Origin: an uncultured Acidimicrobiaceae bacterium
GTDB lineage: Bacteria > Actinomycetota > Acidimicrobiia > Acidimicrobiales > RAAP-2
DNA length: 64,000 bases
Reading direction: 5' to 3'
Assembly: GCA_963756325.1 (NCBI GenBank)
Contig: CAVWNE010000011.1
Location: 25,893 to 89,892 of the forward strand
Position numbers and translations under genes: made by a program
The notes under the pieces: generated by a model
Databases searched by the model: none
Told to the model about the DNA's origin: nothing
What the model saw: only the letters and a program-made list of their open reading frames with translations
Part shown: positions 56,804-63,547 of the stretch, piece by piece
How positions within the stretch are numbered: position 1 is the first letter of the stretch
Layout of the letters: every line of letters begins with the position of its first letter

Positions 56804-58507
56804 GTGCCCAGCGACAGTACTAGCGGCGGTCGCGACCCGCGGGCCGAAAAGATTGCCAACCACGACCGGCTGATGGCCATGGGCGACGCAGTCAATCGAC
56901 GCAACGCGACACAGAGAACACGTCCAAAGAAACGACCCAACTGGTGGCGGCGTTCACTCATCGCGGTCGGCGTCGTGATCGTCTTGATCGTCGGTGGTGT
57001 GGTCGCTGACTACTTCTACCTCGGTTCCTTGGTCCACCACGTCCCCGTCAATAGCACCCAGACATCGTCGGCCGCGTCGGAAAACATCTTGCTGGTCGGC
57101 TCCACCACGCGCTGCGGTCTCAAGCAGCAAAACGTGGCCTATGGGCTCTGCTCCCAGGGCGTGACCGGCGTCAACAGCGACATCGACATGATCTTGCACC
57201 TGGACCCCGCGACGCGTACGGTCGCGTTGCTCTCCATCCCTCGCGACACCTTCGTGCCCAACGCGCGCGTCATCGGAGCGAACAAGATCGACGCCGCGCT
57301 CTACGAAGGTCCTAGCCAACTCATCAAAGCAATCGAAGAGGACTTCGGGATACCGATCAACAACTACGTGGAACTGAACTTCGACACCTTCGCCAACGTC
57401 GTGAATGCCCTTGGGGGCGTAAAGATGTACTTCCCCGTTCCCATCTACGATGCCGAGTCCGACCTCAATATCGAGCGTCCCGGTTGCTATGACTTGAATG
57501 GTTTCCACGCTCTGCAACTGGTGCGCGCCCGTCATCTCCAGATTCAGCCCAATCCCTCGAACCATGACCCGCGATCCTGGCCCTTCGAGGCGCTCTCAGA
57601 CATCGCGCGCATTCGGCGCACGCACGAGTTCCTACGAGTCTTAGCGGCAAAAGTCGCGGCGCGAGGGCTGGGCAATCCCCTTACCGACCAGGGAATCATG
57701 ACCGCAGTTCTGCCGAGCCTGACCGTCGACAGCGGATTTACCGAAGGCAAAATGGTGAGCTTGGCCGAGTCCTTTGCCCACACCAGCATCGCGAACGTTC
57801 CCCAGTTCACCTACCCCGTCTCCGACGTCGAGACGGGTTCGCTGCTGTACCAGGGCTACTACTACGGCGATGTCGTCTTTCCCATTGAACCCAGCGGGGC
57901 AGCGGCCGTCGACACCATTCTCGGCGTGAAGGCGGGTATGAACTCATTCACCGACGCGCCGCTGCCGTCGCCCTCCAGCGTGAAGGTCACTGTGGAGAAC
58001 GGCACCGGCATCACCAATCAAGCGGCCGCCATTGCCAACCCGCTGCATAACCGAGGATTTAACGTTCTCTCAACCGGGGACGTCACTCCCGATGGTCCCG
58101 TCGATGAGACGATGGTCTGGTACGGCGGGCCACCACCGCCCGCGAACGGGAACTGGACGAGCCCGAGCCTGGCCGCCGCCGAAGCAGTGATTGATCAGTT
58201 GGCTGGCCCCGCGGTCCTTGGCTACAACCCGCAGAAGGTCACGCCCGGCGCCACCGTCACCATCCAAACCGGCGACGCGCTCTCTATGATTCCTGCCGCC
58301 TCCACGGTCACGACCCATCACACGACCACGACGAAAAAAGGCGGGCTCACCACCACCACGTCGCCCACCACCACGACGACCCTGTACGAACCCCCGGGCA
58401 TGCGCAACAACCCCGACTTCACGGCGCCTAACGCGGTGAGCCCGACGTTGGAGCCCTGGGACCCCCGGGCCTGCAACGCGGCCGGAACCGGACCGGCCCC
58501 GTCCTAG
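56804..58507 (+). CDS. LytR-CpsA-Psr (LCP) family cell-envelope phosphotransferase with LytR_C domain and Thr-rich tail
   Basis: TM anchor, NILLVGS...DMILHLDP..RTVALLSIPRDT, VRARH...D..R..R...F, C-terminal VKVTVENGTG (LytR_C), then the TTHHTTTTKKGGLTTTTSPTTTTT linker. Exact start uncertain. Confidence 0.85.
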   Translation: MPSDSTSGGRDPRAEKIANHDRLMAMGDAVNRRNATQRTRPKKRPNWWRRSLIAVGVVIVLIVGGVVADYFYLGSLVHHVPVNSTQTSSAASENILLVGSTTRCGLKQQNVAYGLCSQGVTGVNSDIDMILHLDPATRTVALLSIPRDTFVPNARVIGANKIDAALYEGPSQLIKAIEEDFGIPINNYVELNFDTFANVVNALGGVKMYFPVPIYDAESDLNIERPGCYDLNGFHALQLVRARHLQIQPNPSNHDPRSWPFEALSDIARIRRTHEFLRVLAAKVAARGLGNPLTDQGIMTAVLPSLTVDSGFTEGKMVSLAESFAHTSIANVPQFTYPVSDVETGSLLYQGYYYGDVVFPIEPSGAAAVDTILGVKAGMNSFTDAPLPSPSSVKVTVENGTGITNQAAAIANPLHNRGFNVLSTGDVTPDGPVDETMVWYGGPPPPANGNWTSPSLAAAEAVIDQLAGPAVLGYNPQKVTPGATVTIQTGDALSMIPAASTVTTHHTTTTKKGGLTTTTSPTTTTTLYEPPGMRNNPDFTAPNAVSPTLEPWDPRACNAAGTGPAPS

Positions 58508-58516
58508 GAAGATCGC

Positions 58517-59623
58517 CTAACTAGGGGTCTGACATTTCTGTGCGAACAACGTGCTCCCCGGCTGCAAGGCAAGACCGGAGTTCGGACTGACCATCAGACA
58601 GGACTCGTCCACCGCCACGAACTGACCCGCGGGGATCGACTTGAGCTGATCGACCTCGCGGTAGGTCCAACGTCGATCAGCCGTCCCTTGGAAGTACCAA
58701 TTACTACCGTTATCGGCGAGGATGAGCCCATAGGTCTTCAGGGTCGTGAGCACCGTTTGGCAGAAGCGACTGCACTCGGCGACGGGAAGCGTGAAGGAGG
58801 CGTTGAGGCGAAACCGGGCGCCCATAGGTGGACAGTTGACGTCCGCCTGTCCGGCCTCGTGACGTGCCGGCCAGACATAGGACTCGCTGGTGCATTGCGC
58901 GGTAAAGCGGATGGCGTGGTCCATGGCGCCCGAGGCGACTTCGTTGAAGTTCACGAGGCCAGGAAAAATTGGCAGTCCGGCCGCGTCGGCCGACGTCCAA
59001 CCGGCGGGACGAAGCGCGTCCGAGCGAAGGTTCCACTCCGCACCCGACCCGGCCGTCGATCGACCCGCGCCGTGGAACTGCGTGTCCCAGGTCTCAAAGA
59101 GCGTGCACGCAGGCGAGGTCGCGGACCGACGGGGATCCACCATCAGGGCGTGCCGGTCGGACCCTCCTTCGATGGGAGTAGACGCACTCAAGGGATAGAG
59201 ACCGCGATAGCTCTCCGAGGCGTACTGAAAGGCGATGCGTGTGAAGGTGGTACCCGCCGGCACGATGTCCCAAGGAATTCCATAGGGGGTGGCAGGGTCT
59301 CCCGACGGTCCAAAGTCCGGGTGCAACGATATCGTCGACGCGTCCATGGTCGCGAGCCAAGTGGCACTGTTCGCGTTGACCGGAAGTCCGGTGATCGGGG
59401 TGTTCCAGACGTTGTCTGCGGGAAAGGCGGGACAGCGGGTGCCAGGAATCGTTGTGCCGGGCGCCCGCAACGAGGGGTGATTCACGGCCGAGGCGGACAG
59501 CGGGCTCGCGAGGACCGCGGTCGCGAGGCCGGCGAGCGTCGCGACAAGCGCCCTTCGATGACGCGCACGGCGAGGGCGCGAGGTCATCAGGGGTCGACGC
59601 GCCAGGTGCCGCTTCCCTCTCAC
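58517..59623 (-). CDS. exported protein of unknown function
   Basis: Arg-rich n-region plus hydrophobic core plus ASA-type site (RRARHRRALVATLAGLATAVLASPLSASA). Mature part has conserved-looking blocks DHAIRFT, YVWPARH, PPMGARFRL, YGLILADNGSNWYFQG. I cannot assign a family. Confidence 0.6.
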   Translation of the reverse strand: MRGKRHLARRPLMTSRPRRARHRRALVATLAGLATAVLASPLSASAVNHPSLRAPGTTIPGTRCPAFPADNVWNTPITGLPVNANSATWLATMDASTISLHPDFGPSGDPATPYGIPWDIVPAGTTFTRIAFQYASESYRGLYPLSASTPIEGGSDRHALMVDPRRSATSPACTLFETWDTQFHGAGRSTAGSGAEWNLRSDALRPAGWTSADAAGLPIFPGLVNFNEVASGAMDHAIRFTAQCTSESYVWPARHEAGQADVNCPPMGARFRLNASFTLPVAECSRFCQTVLTTLKTYGLILADNGSNWYFQGTADRRWTYREVDQLKSIPAGQFVAVDESCLMVSPNSGLALQPGSTLFAQKCQTPS

Positions 59624-59686
59624 GAGCGGAGCGTACCATCGAGCATTTCACGTTCAGTCTCGGAACAAACGAGCCACAATGGATCG

Positions 59687-60226
59687 ATGGTCACCCGACT
59701 CCCCCGGACATTCTTCGCACGGGCGCCCGAGGTTGTTGCGTACGAACTAATCGGCTGCGTGATGATCGTGACCGGCTCTGGCCGCCAACGTCGGGCCATG
59801 ATCGTCGAGACAGAGGCCTACGATGGCGCCAACGATCCGGCCTCTCACGCGTATCGCGGACCGACGCCGCGCACGGAGATCATGTTCGGGCCAGCCGGCT
59901 TCGTCTACGTCTATCGAAGTTACGGAATCCACTGGTGCATGAACGTCGTGACCGGCGTGCCGGGAACGGCGAGCGCCGTGCTCTTGCGGGGAGCCGAGTT
60001 CGTCGACTCAAAAGAGAGTGACGACACGACTATGCGCGGGCCCGGTCTCTTGACCCGCGCTCTGGGCATCACCGGCGACGACAACGGCCAAGACGTCTGT
60101 CATCGTCCGCCGGGAAGGTTCTCTTTCGTCGGTGCGACAGCGAGCCACCCACCGCGGGTCGGGCGCTCAACGCGCATCGGCATATCCAAAGCTCAGGATC
60201 GCCTCTGGCGATTCTTCAAGGAGTGA
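59687..60226 (+). CDS. mpg: DNA-3-methyladenine glycosylase (Mpg/AAG family)
   Basis: C-terminal 179 codons of track ORF 58688..60226: FFARAPEVVAYELIGC..., IVETEAYDG.NDPASHAYRG.T.RTE.MFGP.G..YVY..YG.H.C.NVV, LLRG.E. Confidence 0.85.
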   Translation: MVTRLPRTFFARAPEVVAYELIGCVMIVTGSGRQRRAMIVETEAYDGANDPASHAYRGPTPRTEIMFGPAGFVYVYRSYGIHWCMNVVTGVPGTASAVLLRGAEFVDSKESDDTTMRGPGLLTRALGITGDDNGQDVCHRPPGRFSFVGATASHPPRVGRSTRIGISKAQDRLWRFFKE

Positions 60227-60257
60227 CTCCCAGGCACTCGGTTGGCGGCACAACGAC

Positions 60258-60407
60258 TTACTTCTTGCGGCGTTCGCCCTTGCGGCGCTGACCCTTTCGA
60301 CGCTCCTCCCCGTCGGGAGGCCCCACATCTTTCACTCGCCGCTCACTGTTGCGCCGCTCGGCGCCGCGCCGCTCCTGGTCGCCCGCGGAGTCTTCGGGAG
60401 GCTGCAT
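60258..60407 (-). CDS. possible 49-aa Arg/Glu/Lys-rich small protein
   Basis: Below the ORF-track cutoff. ATG 60407 to TAA 60258 gives MQPPEDSAGDQERRGAERRNSERRVKDVGPPDGEERRKGQRRKGERRKK. Mostly G/C at third codon positions, no clear SD. Confidence 0.3.
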   Translation of the reverse strand: MQPPEDSAGDQERRGAERRNSERRVKDVGPPDGEERRKGQRRKGERRKK

Positions 60408-60601
60408 AGCCCATGTCTAACACCAGAGAGAGCGAGTCGACGCCATAGGTGGTTCCAGAGTGTCGGACCATTAGCTCATGGACACGGAGATGGAACTTCG
60501 TTATTGAAGAGATCGAGAGAACTCCTCAACCATAGGAGCCACCCGAGATCTCGCTCGACCCCGATGCTGGTCGCCTCGAGCGCCACGTGAGAGCTGGTGA
60601 G

Positions 60602-60624
60602 CTGACCGCACTCGAGTGCGTCAG
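60602..60624 (-). terminator. GC-rich hairpin downstream of the cupredoxin gene (possible intrinsic terminator without U-tract)
   Basis: CTGAC-C-GCACTC/GAGTGC-GTCAG. The 12-bp perfect palindrome GCACTCGAGTGC (60608-60619) has 5-bp extensions. It begins 26 nt after the stop at 60650. Confidence 0.35.
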
Positions 60625-60649
60625 GTCTACGGACTTCTCCTCGTATGGG

Positions 60650-61021
60650 TTAGCGAACGATGATCGTTCCGGTCATGTATTGGTGGATGGAACAGATGTA
60701 GTGATACGTGCCCGCCTTGGTGGGCATGGTGATCGTCTTCGAGCGATGAGGCTTGATATCCCCGGTGTGGAACTTTCCGCTGGTGGAGGTCATCGTGTGC
60801 GTCACGGAATCCTTATTTACGACCGTGATTTTCGCTCCGGGAGTCACCTTTAGCGTCATGGGGCTGAACATGAAGTTCTTGATCGTAATGGTGTACGTCT
60901 TGGCTTTTGTCGACGAGGCCACCGCGCTGGTGCTCGGCCCCGCCAGAAAGCTGAGGCTCGCCAAGAGCAGGGTGAAAGCGACGAGGGGGATCGTCACCCC
61001 GCCCTTGGCGAGACGCTTCAT
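60650..61021 (-). CDS. exported cupredoxin (type-1 blue copper protein, amicyanin/plastocyanin-like)
   Basis: Sec-type signal (MKRLAKGGVTIPLVAFTLLLASLSFLAGPSTSAVA). Ligand pattern is His (VTHTM) ... Cys-x2-His-x2-Met (YICSIHQYM). About 90-aa beta-sandwich-sized mature part. Confidence 0.8.
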   Translation of the reverse strand: MKRLAKGGVTIPLVAFTLLLASLSFLAGPSTSAVASSTKAKTYTITIKNFMFSPMTLKVTPGAKITVVNKDSVTHTMTSTSGKFHTGDIKPHRSKTITMPTKAGTYHYICSIHQYMTGTIIVR

Positions 61022-61848
61022 CAGGCGGCTTTCGTCGTCGGGCTGAACGCCAGCGGTGAACCGGATGCGGTCTGGACCCCGGGATACTGACCTAGGACGT
61101 AGTACAAGATGGCGATGTGTTGCATCTCGACCGGCTGAATGGAGGACGAGAGACCGATCGCTTCTTTGCTCATCAGCTGTGACGTCTCGGCCTGATAGGT
61201 CTCGGCGGCAATGGTTTCGAGAACCAGCGCCAGATTGGCCAGGCCGGGAATGGTGCTGATTTTCGCGAAGTCCTTCTGTACGGTCGGAGTCAACGTCGGG
61301 TTGGTCACGGTCACCTTGGCCTTGCTATTGGCCGACAACACGGCGTTCCACGCTTCGGCGTGCTGCTTGTGCTGAGCAAGCGCCGTGGTCGCAAAGGTCG
61401 CGACAGCCGGCGGGACTTTGCCCAATTTGCCGGCGGTCGCCGCCGCGAGTCCGGCGTTGTACGTGTAGACCGCCAGATTCTCCAGGCTCGCGGCCACGGC
61501 CGCCACCGCCAGGTCGCCCTTTAAGTTGCTCGGTGGAAAGGCCCTGGCACCGACCAGCGCGCCAGACGAGCCCCCGCCCAACTTCGTGGCCGCGCCGGCT
61601 AATGCGGGGTTCGCGCCAATCGTCAACAGCGCGGCGCCACCGGCCAACACGCCCCCCATACCCACCAAGAAGCTTCGACGGCTCGACGCGCGAGCCGTCG
61701 CTCCTTCTTTCAGGTTGTCGACCATGTTGGCTACGCCCGACCACATCGAGGGCATGCCGACGTCATTGTGCAAGTCGTCGAGCTCCTTCGTCATGGCCAA
61801 GAGCTCCCTCTCGGTCCCTTGGAATTCGTTCGGCTGTTCGTTGGTCAT
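61021..61848 (-). CDS. Tat-exported ferritin-like domain protein, paralogue A
   Basis: Twin-arginine motif SRRSFLVGMGG plus ALAGA site. Four-helix pattern ENLAVYTY / QHKQHAEAWNA / LETIAAETY / VEMQHIAIL. The stop shares nt 61021 with the cupredoxin ATG. Confidence 0.7.
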   Translation of the reverse strand: MTNEQPNEFQGTERELLAMTKELDDLHNDVGMPSMWSGVANMVDNLKEGATARASSRRSFLVGMGGVLAGGAALLTIGANPALAGAATKLGGGSSGALVGARAFPPSNLKGDLAVAAVAASLENLAVYTYNAGLAAATAGKLGKVPPAVATFATTALAQHKQHAEAWNAVLSANSKAKVTVTNPTLTPTVQKDFAKISTIPGLANLALVLETIAAETYQAETSQLMSKEAIGLSSSIQPVEMQHIAILYYVLGQYPGVQTASGSPLAFSPTTKAA

Positions 61849-62705
61849 TTCACGGCTCCTTGGGTCGCGGGTGCAGCACTGTTGGTCTTGTAGAACGCGT
61901 TGGGAAATCCGACGCTGCCAGCCGCCGAGGGCAACTTTGCCGCGGTCCCGGATGCCAGCGATATCAATTGCGGCGCGTCCGCCTTAAGAAGTGCCTGGAC
62001 GGCGAGCAAGACGGCGACGTGTTGCGCTTCCACGCCCATGATGCTGGCGAAGAGCGCCTTATTAACGGAGGACGACGCGAGGACCGTGTCCTTTACGTAG
62101 GTCTCGGCGGCGATGTTCTCGAGCTCGAGCGCCAGTGCGACCACGCCCAGAGTGCCTTCGGCAGCGCTCACGCCACTCAAACTCTTCACGGCCTTATCCA
62201 CCACCGGAACGAAGGCTGGGTCAGGCTTGGTCTGAGCCTTGCCTCCGAGGTTCTTCACCGCGGCGTTGAAGGCTTCGGCGTGCTGCGCGTGCTGGCTCAT
62301 CGTGACTTGGGCGAACTTTCGCACCACGCCATTGGCCGACGCACCACCGATGTACGGGAGCGTGAGTGCGGTCTTGTACGTTGAGACGGCGAGGTTCTCG
62401 ATGGAGGCCGCTGTTTGAAGGATCTGCACATCTTGAGTGCTCGCGGCCGAGGCCGAGGACGCAAGCACGCCCACCAGCGCGAGACCGCCAGCGGCGCTCA
62501 ACAGCGCCGCGCCACCCAAGCTTGAGCGAACGCCCCGCTGGTGCTCTTCGAAAAAGCGCTCGTTATCCGACCGGTCGTCGTTCGTGATCGATCGATTTTG
62601 TTCAACCAACTCGTCGAGTGCCGCGTGCGTGGGCCGCATCGCATCCGCCTGTAAGTCTTGCGACTCTTCGAGCAACTCACTGAGCGCCCGTGCATCAACA
62701 TTCAT
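61845..62705 (-). CDS. exported or membrane-anchored ferritin-like domain protein, paralogue B
   Basis: Same pattern: ENLAVSTY / QHAQHAEAFNA / LENIAAETY / VEAQHVAVL. ATG at 62705 follows AAAGGAGACCGACC (strong SD); the track start at 62735 lacks one. 4-nt overlap with paralogue A. Confidence 0.7.
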   Translation of the reverse strand: MNVDARALSELLEESQDLQADAMRPTHAALDELVEQNRSITNDDRSDNERFFEEHQRGVRSSLGGAALLSAAGGLALVGVLASSASAASTQDVQILQTAASIENLAVSTYKTALTLPYIGGASANGVVRKFAQVTMSQHAQHAEAFNAAVKNLGGKAQTKPDPAFVPVVDKAVKSLSGVSAAEGTLGVVALALELENIAAETYVKDTVLASSSVNKALFASIMGVEAQHVAVLLAVQALLKADAPQLISLASGTAAKLPSAAGSVGFPNAFYKTNSAAPATQGAVK

Positions 62706-62780
62706 GGTCGGTCTCCTTTGTAGGTTCGAGAACATTTCGGAACCGCGGCGTTGCCGGATGTCAGAAAATTGAGAAGTTCT

Positions 62781-62806
62781 CGGGAATTGTGCTCGTACGG
62801 GAATTG
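62781..62806. repeat. direct repeat CGGGAATTG x2 in the ferritin-like operon upstream region
   Basis: CGGGAATTG at 62781-62789 and at 62798-62806 (17-nt period), 76-101 nt upstream of the ATG at 62705. Confidence 0.45.
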
Positions 62807-62869
62807 ACCTTCGAGCTCGTCGCCGGGCAATTTCAGGGCAACGGCACTACGTCCAATAGGTCTTGGGCC

Positions 62870-63328
62870 CTAGGCCTCGGTCGAACAGAGGAGCGCGGCG
62901 ATCACGAAGATCACCACAGCGGCCAACTCGATGGCGAACGCCTCGTGGGCAAAAGGAGCGGACGACGAGTCCTGAAAGCCAAACAGACCAACGTTCACCG
63001 AAATCAGAAATCCCACGAGGGTCGACAACGCGAAGCCCGCGGCGACTATTCCCGCCCAGACACGCCGCACCACGACCACGAAAATCGCGATGACGAGCCC
63101 CGCTAACGATTGGAGGAGAAAGAGGTCCCCAACGGTGGGAATATGTCGGTAACCCTCACTTTGCCAAAGGTGAAAGTGAATGTAGCTCGCTACTAAAAGC
63201 AGCGCGGCGCCCGTCACGAAGGCGCCGATAGCCGCCAACCCTTTCACGCCGCATCCCCTCGCCCGACGCCGCAGAAAGTGCAAGTTCACAACCATGGTTC
63301 GTAGCGAAGTCGAGTCTGGATGCTTCAT
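62870..63328 (-). CDS. small polytopic membrane protein, unknown function
   Basis: Four predicted TM helices. His/aromatic cluster YIHFHLWQSEGYRHIP after TM1. Start uncertain (ATG at 63328 or the internal MVVNL...). Confidence 0.5.
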   Translation of the reverse strand: MKHPDSTSLRTMVVNLHFLRRRARGCGVKGLAAIGAFVTGAALLLVASYIHFHLWQSEGYRHIPTVGDLFLLQSLAGLVIAIFVVVVRRVWAGIVAAGFALSTLVGFLISVNVGLFGFQDSSSAPFAHEAFAIELAAVVIFVIAALLCSTEA

Positions 63329-63349
63329 CTACATTGCATGTTTTTATTG

Positions 63350-63371
63350 GTGCACTTTTAGAGCAGTGCAC
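63350..63371. promoter_or_regulatory. inverted repeat in AT-richer divergent intergenic region
   Basis: GTGCACT-tttagagc-AGTGCAC (7-bp arms, 8-nt spacer), 22 nt upstream of the membrane-protein start. Confidence 0.3.
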
Positions 63372-63547
63372 GGCGGCTCTCGCAGATATCTCCATATGCG
63401 GGACACGAGCGGACGCTGTGATCTTGTATGGCCTCGTCCGATTCAAAGTGGAGCTTGAGTCAACCGGTGCCCCACTTATCCAGGAACTGCAAATGAGCGC
63501 TCGGGCGCGAAGTTCGGGAATGTTAGCTAGACAACATAATTACTGGA

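Noticed and set aside
58310-58390. ACC/ACG-rich tract that looks like a tandem nucleotide repeat.
   Set aside because: It is in frame and encodes the Thr-rich linker (TTHHTTTTKKGGLTTTTSPTTTTT) of the LCP protein. It is coding low complexity, not a satellite or CRISPR-like repeat.
58688-59686. N-terminal 333 codons of the 512-aa ORF 58688-60226.
   Set aside because: Only the last 179 codons (from ATG 59687) look like Mpg glycosylase. The upstream part is the antisense shadow of the exported protein 58517-59623 and reads as Arg/Gly-rich junk.
60132-60590. 152-aa plus-strand ORF across the mpg 3' end and the intergenic region.
   Set aside because: It overlaps mpg out of frame, has no motifs, and is antisense to the better-behaved small ERR-rich ORF. 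It is most likely spurious, though neither small ORF is proven.
60615-60635. GTCAGGTC string reminiscent of the SRP-RNA domain IV core.
   Set aside because: The flanking sequence does not continue with the conserved GGAAGGAAGCAG-type motif or form the symmetric-loop helix. It is better explained as the hairpin after the cupredoxin gene.
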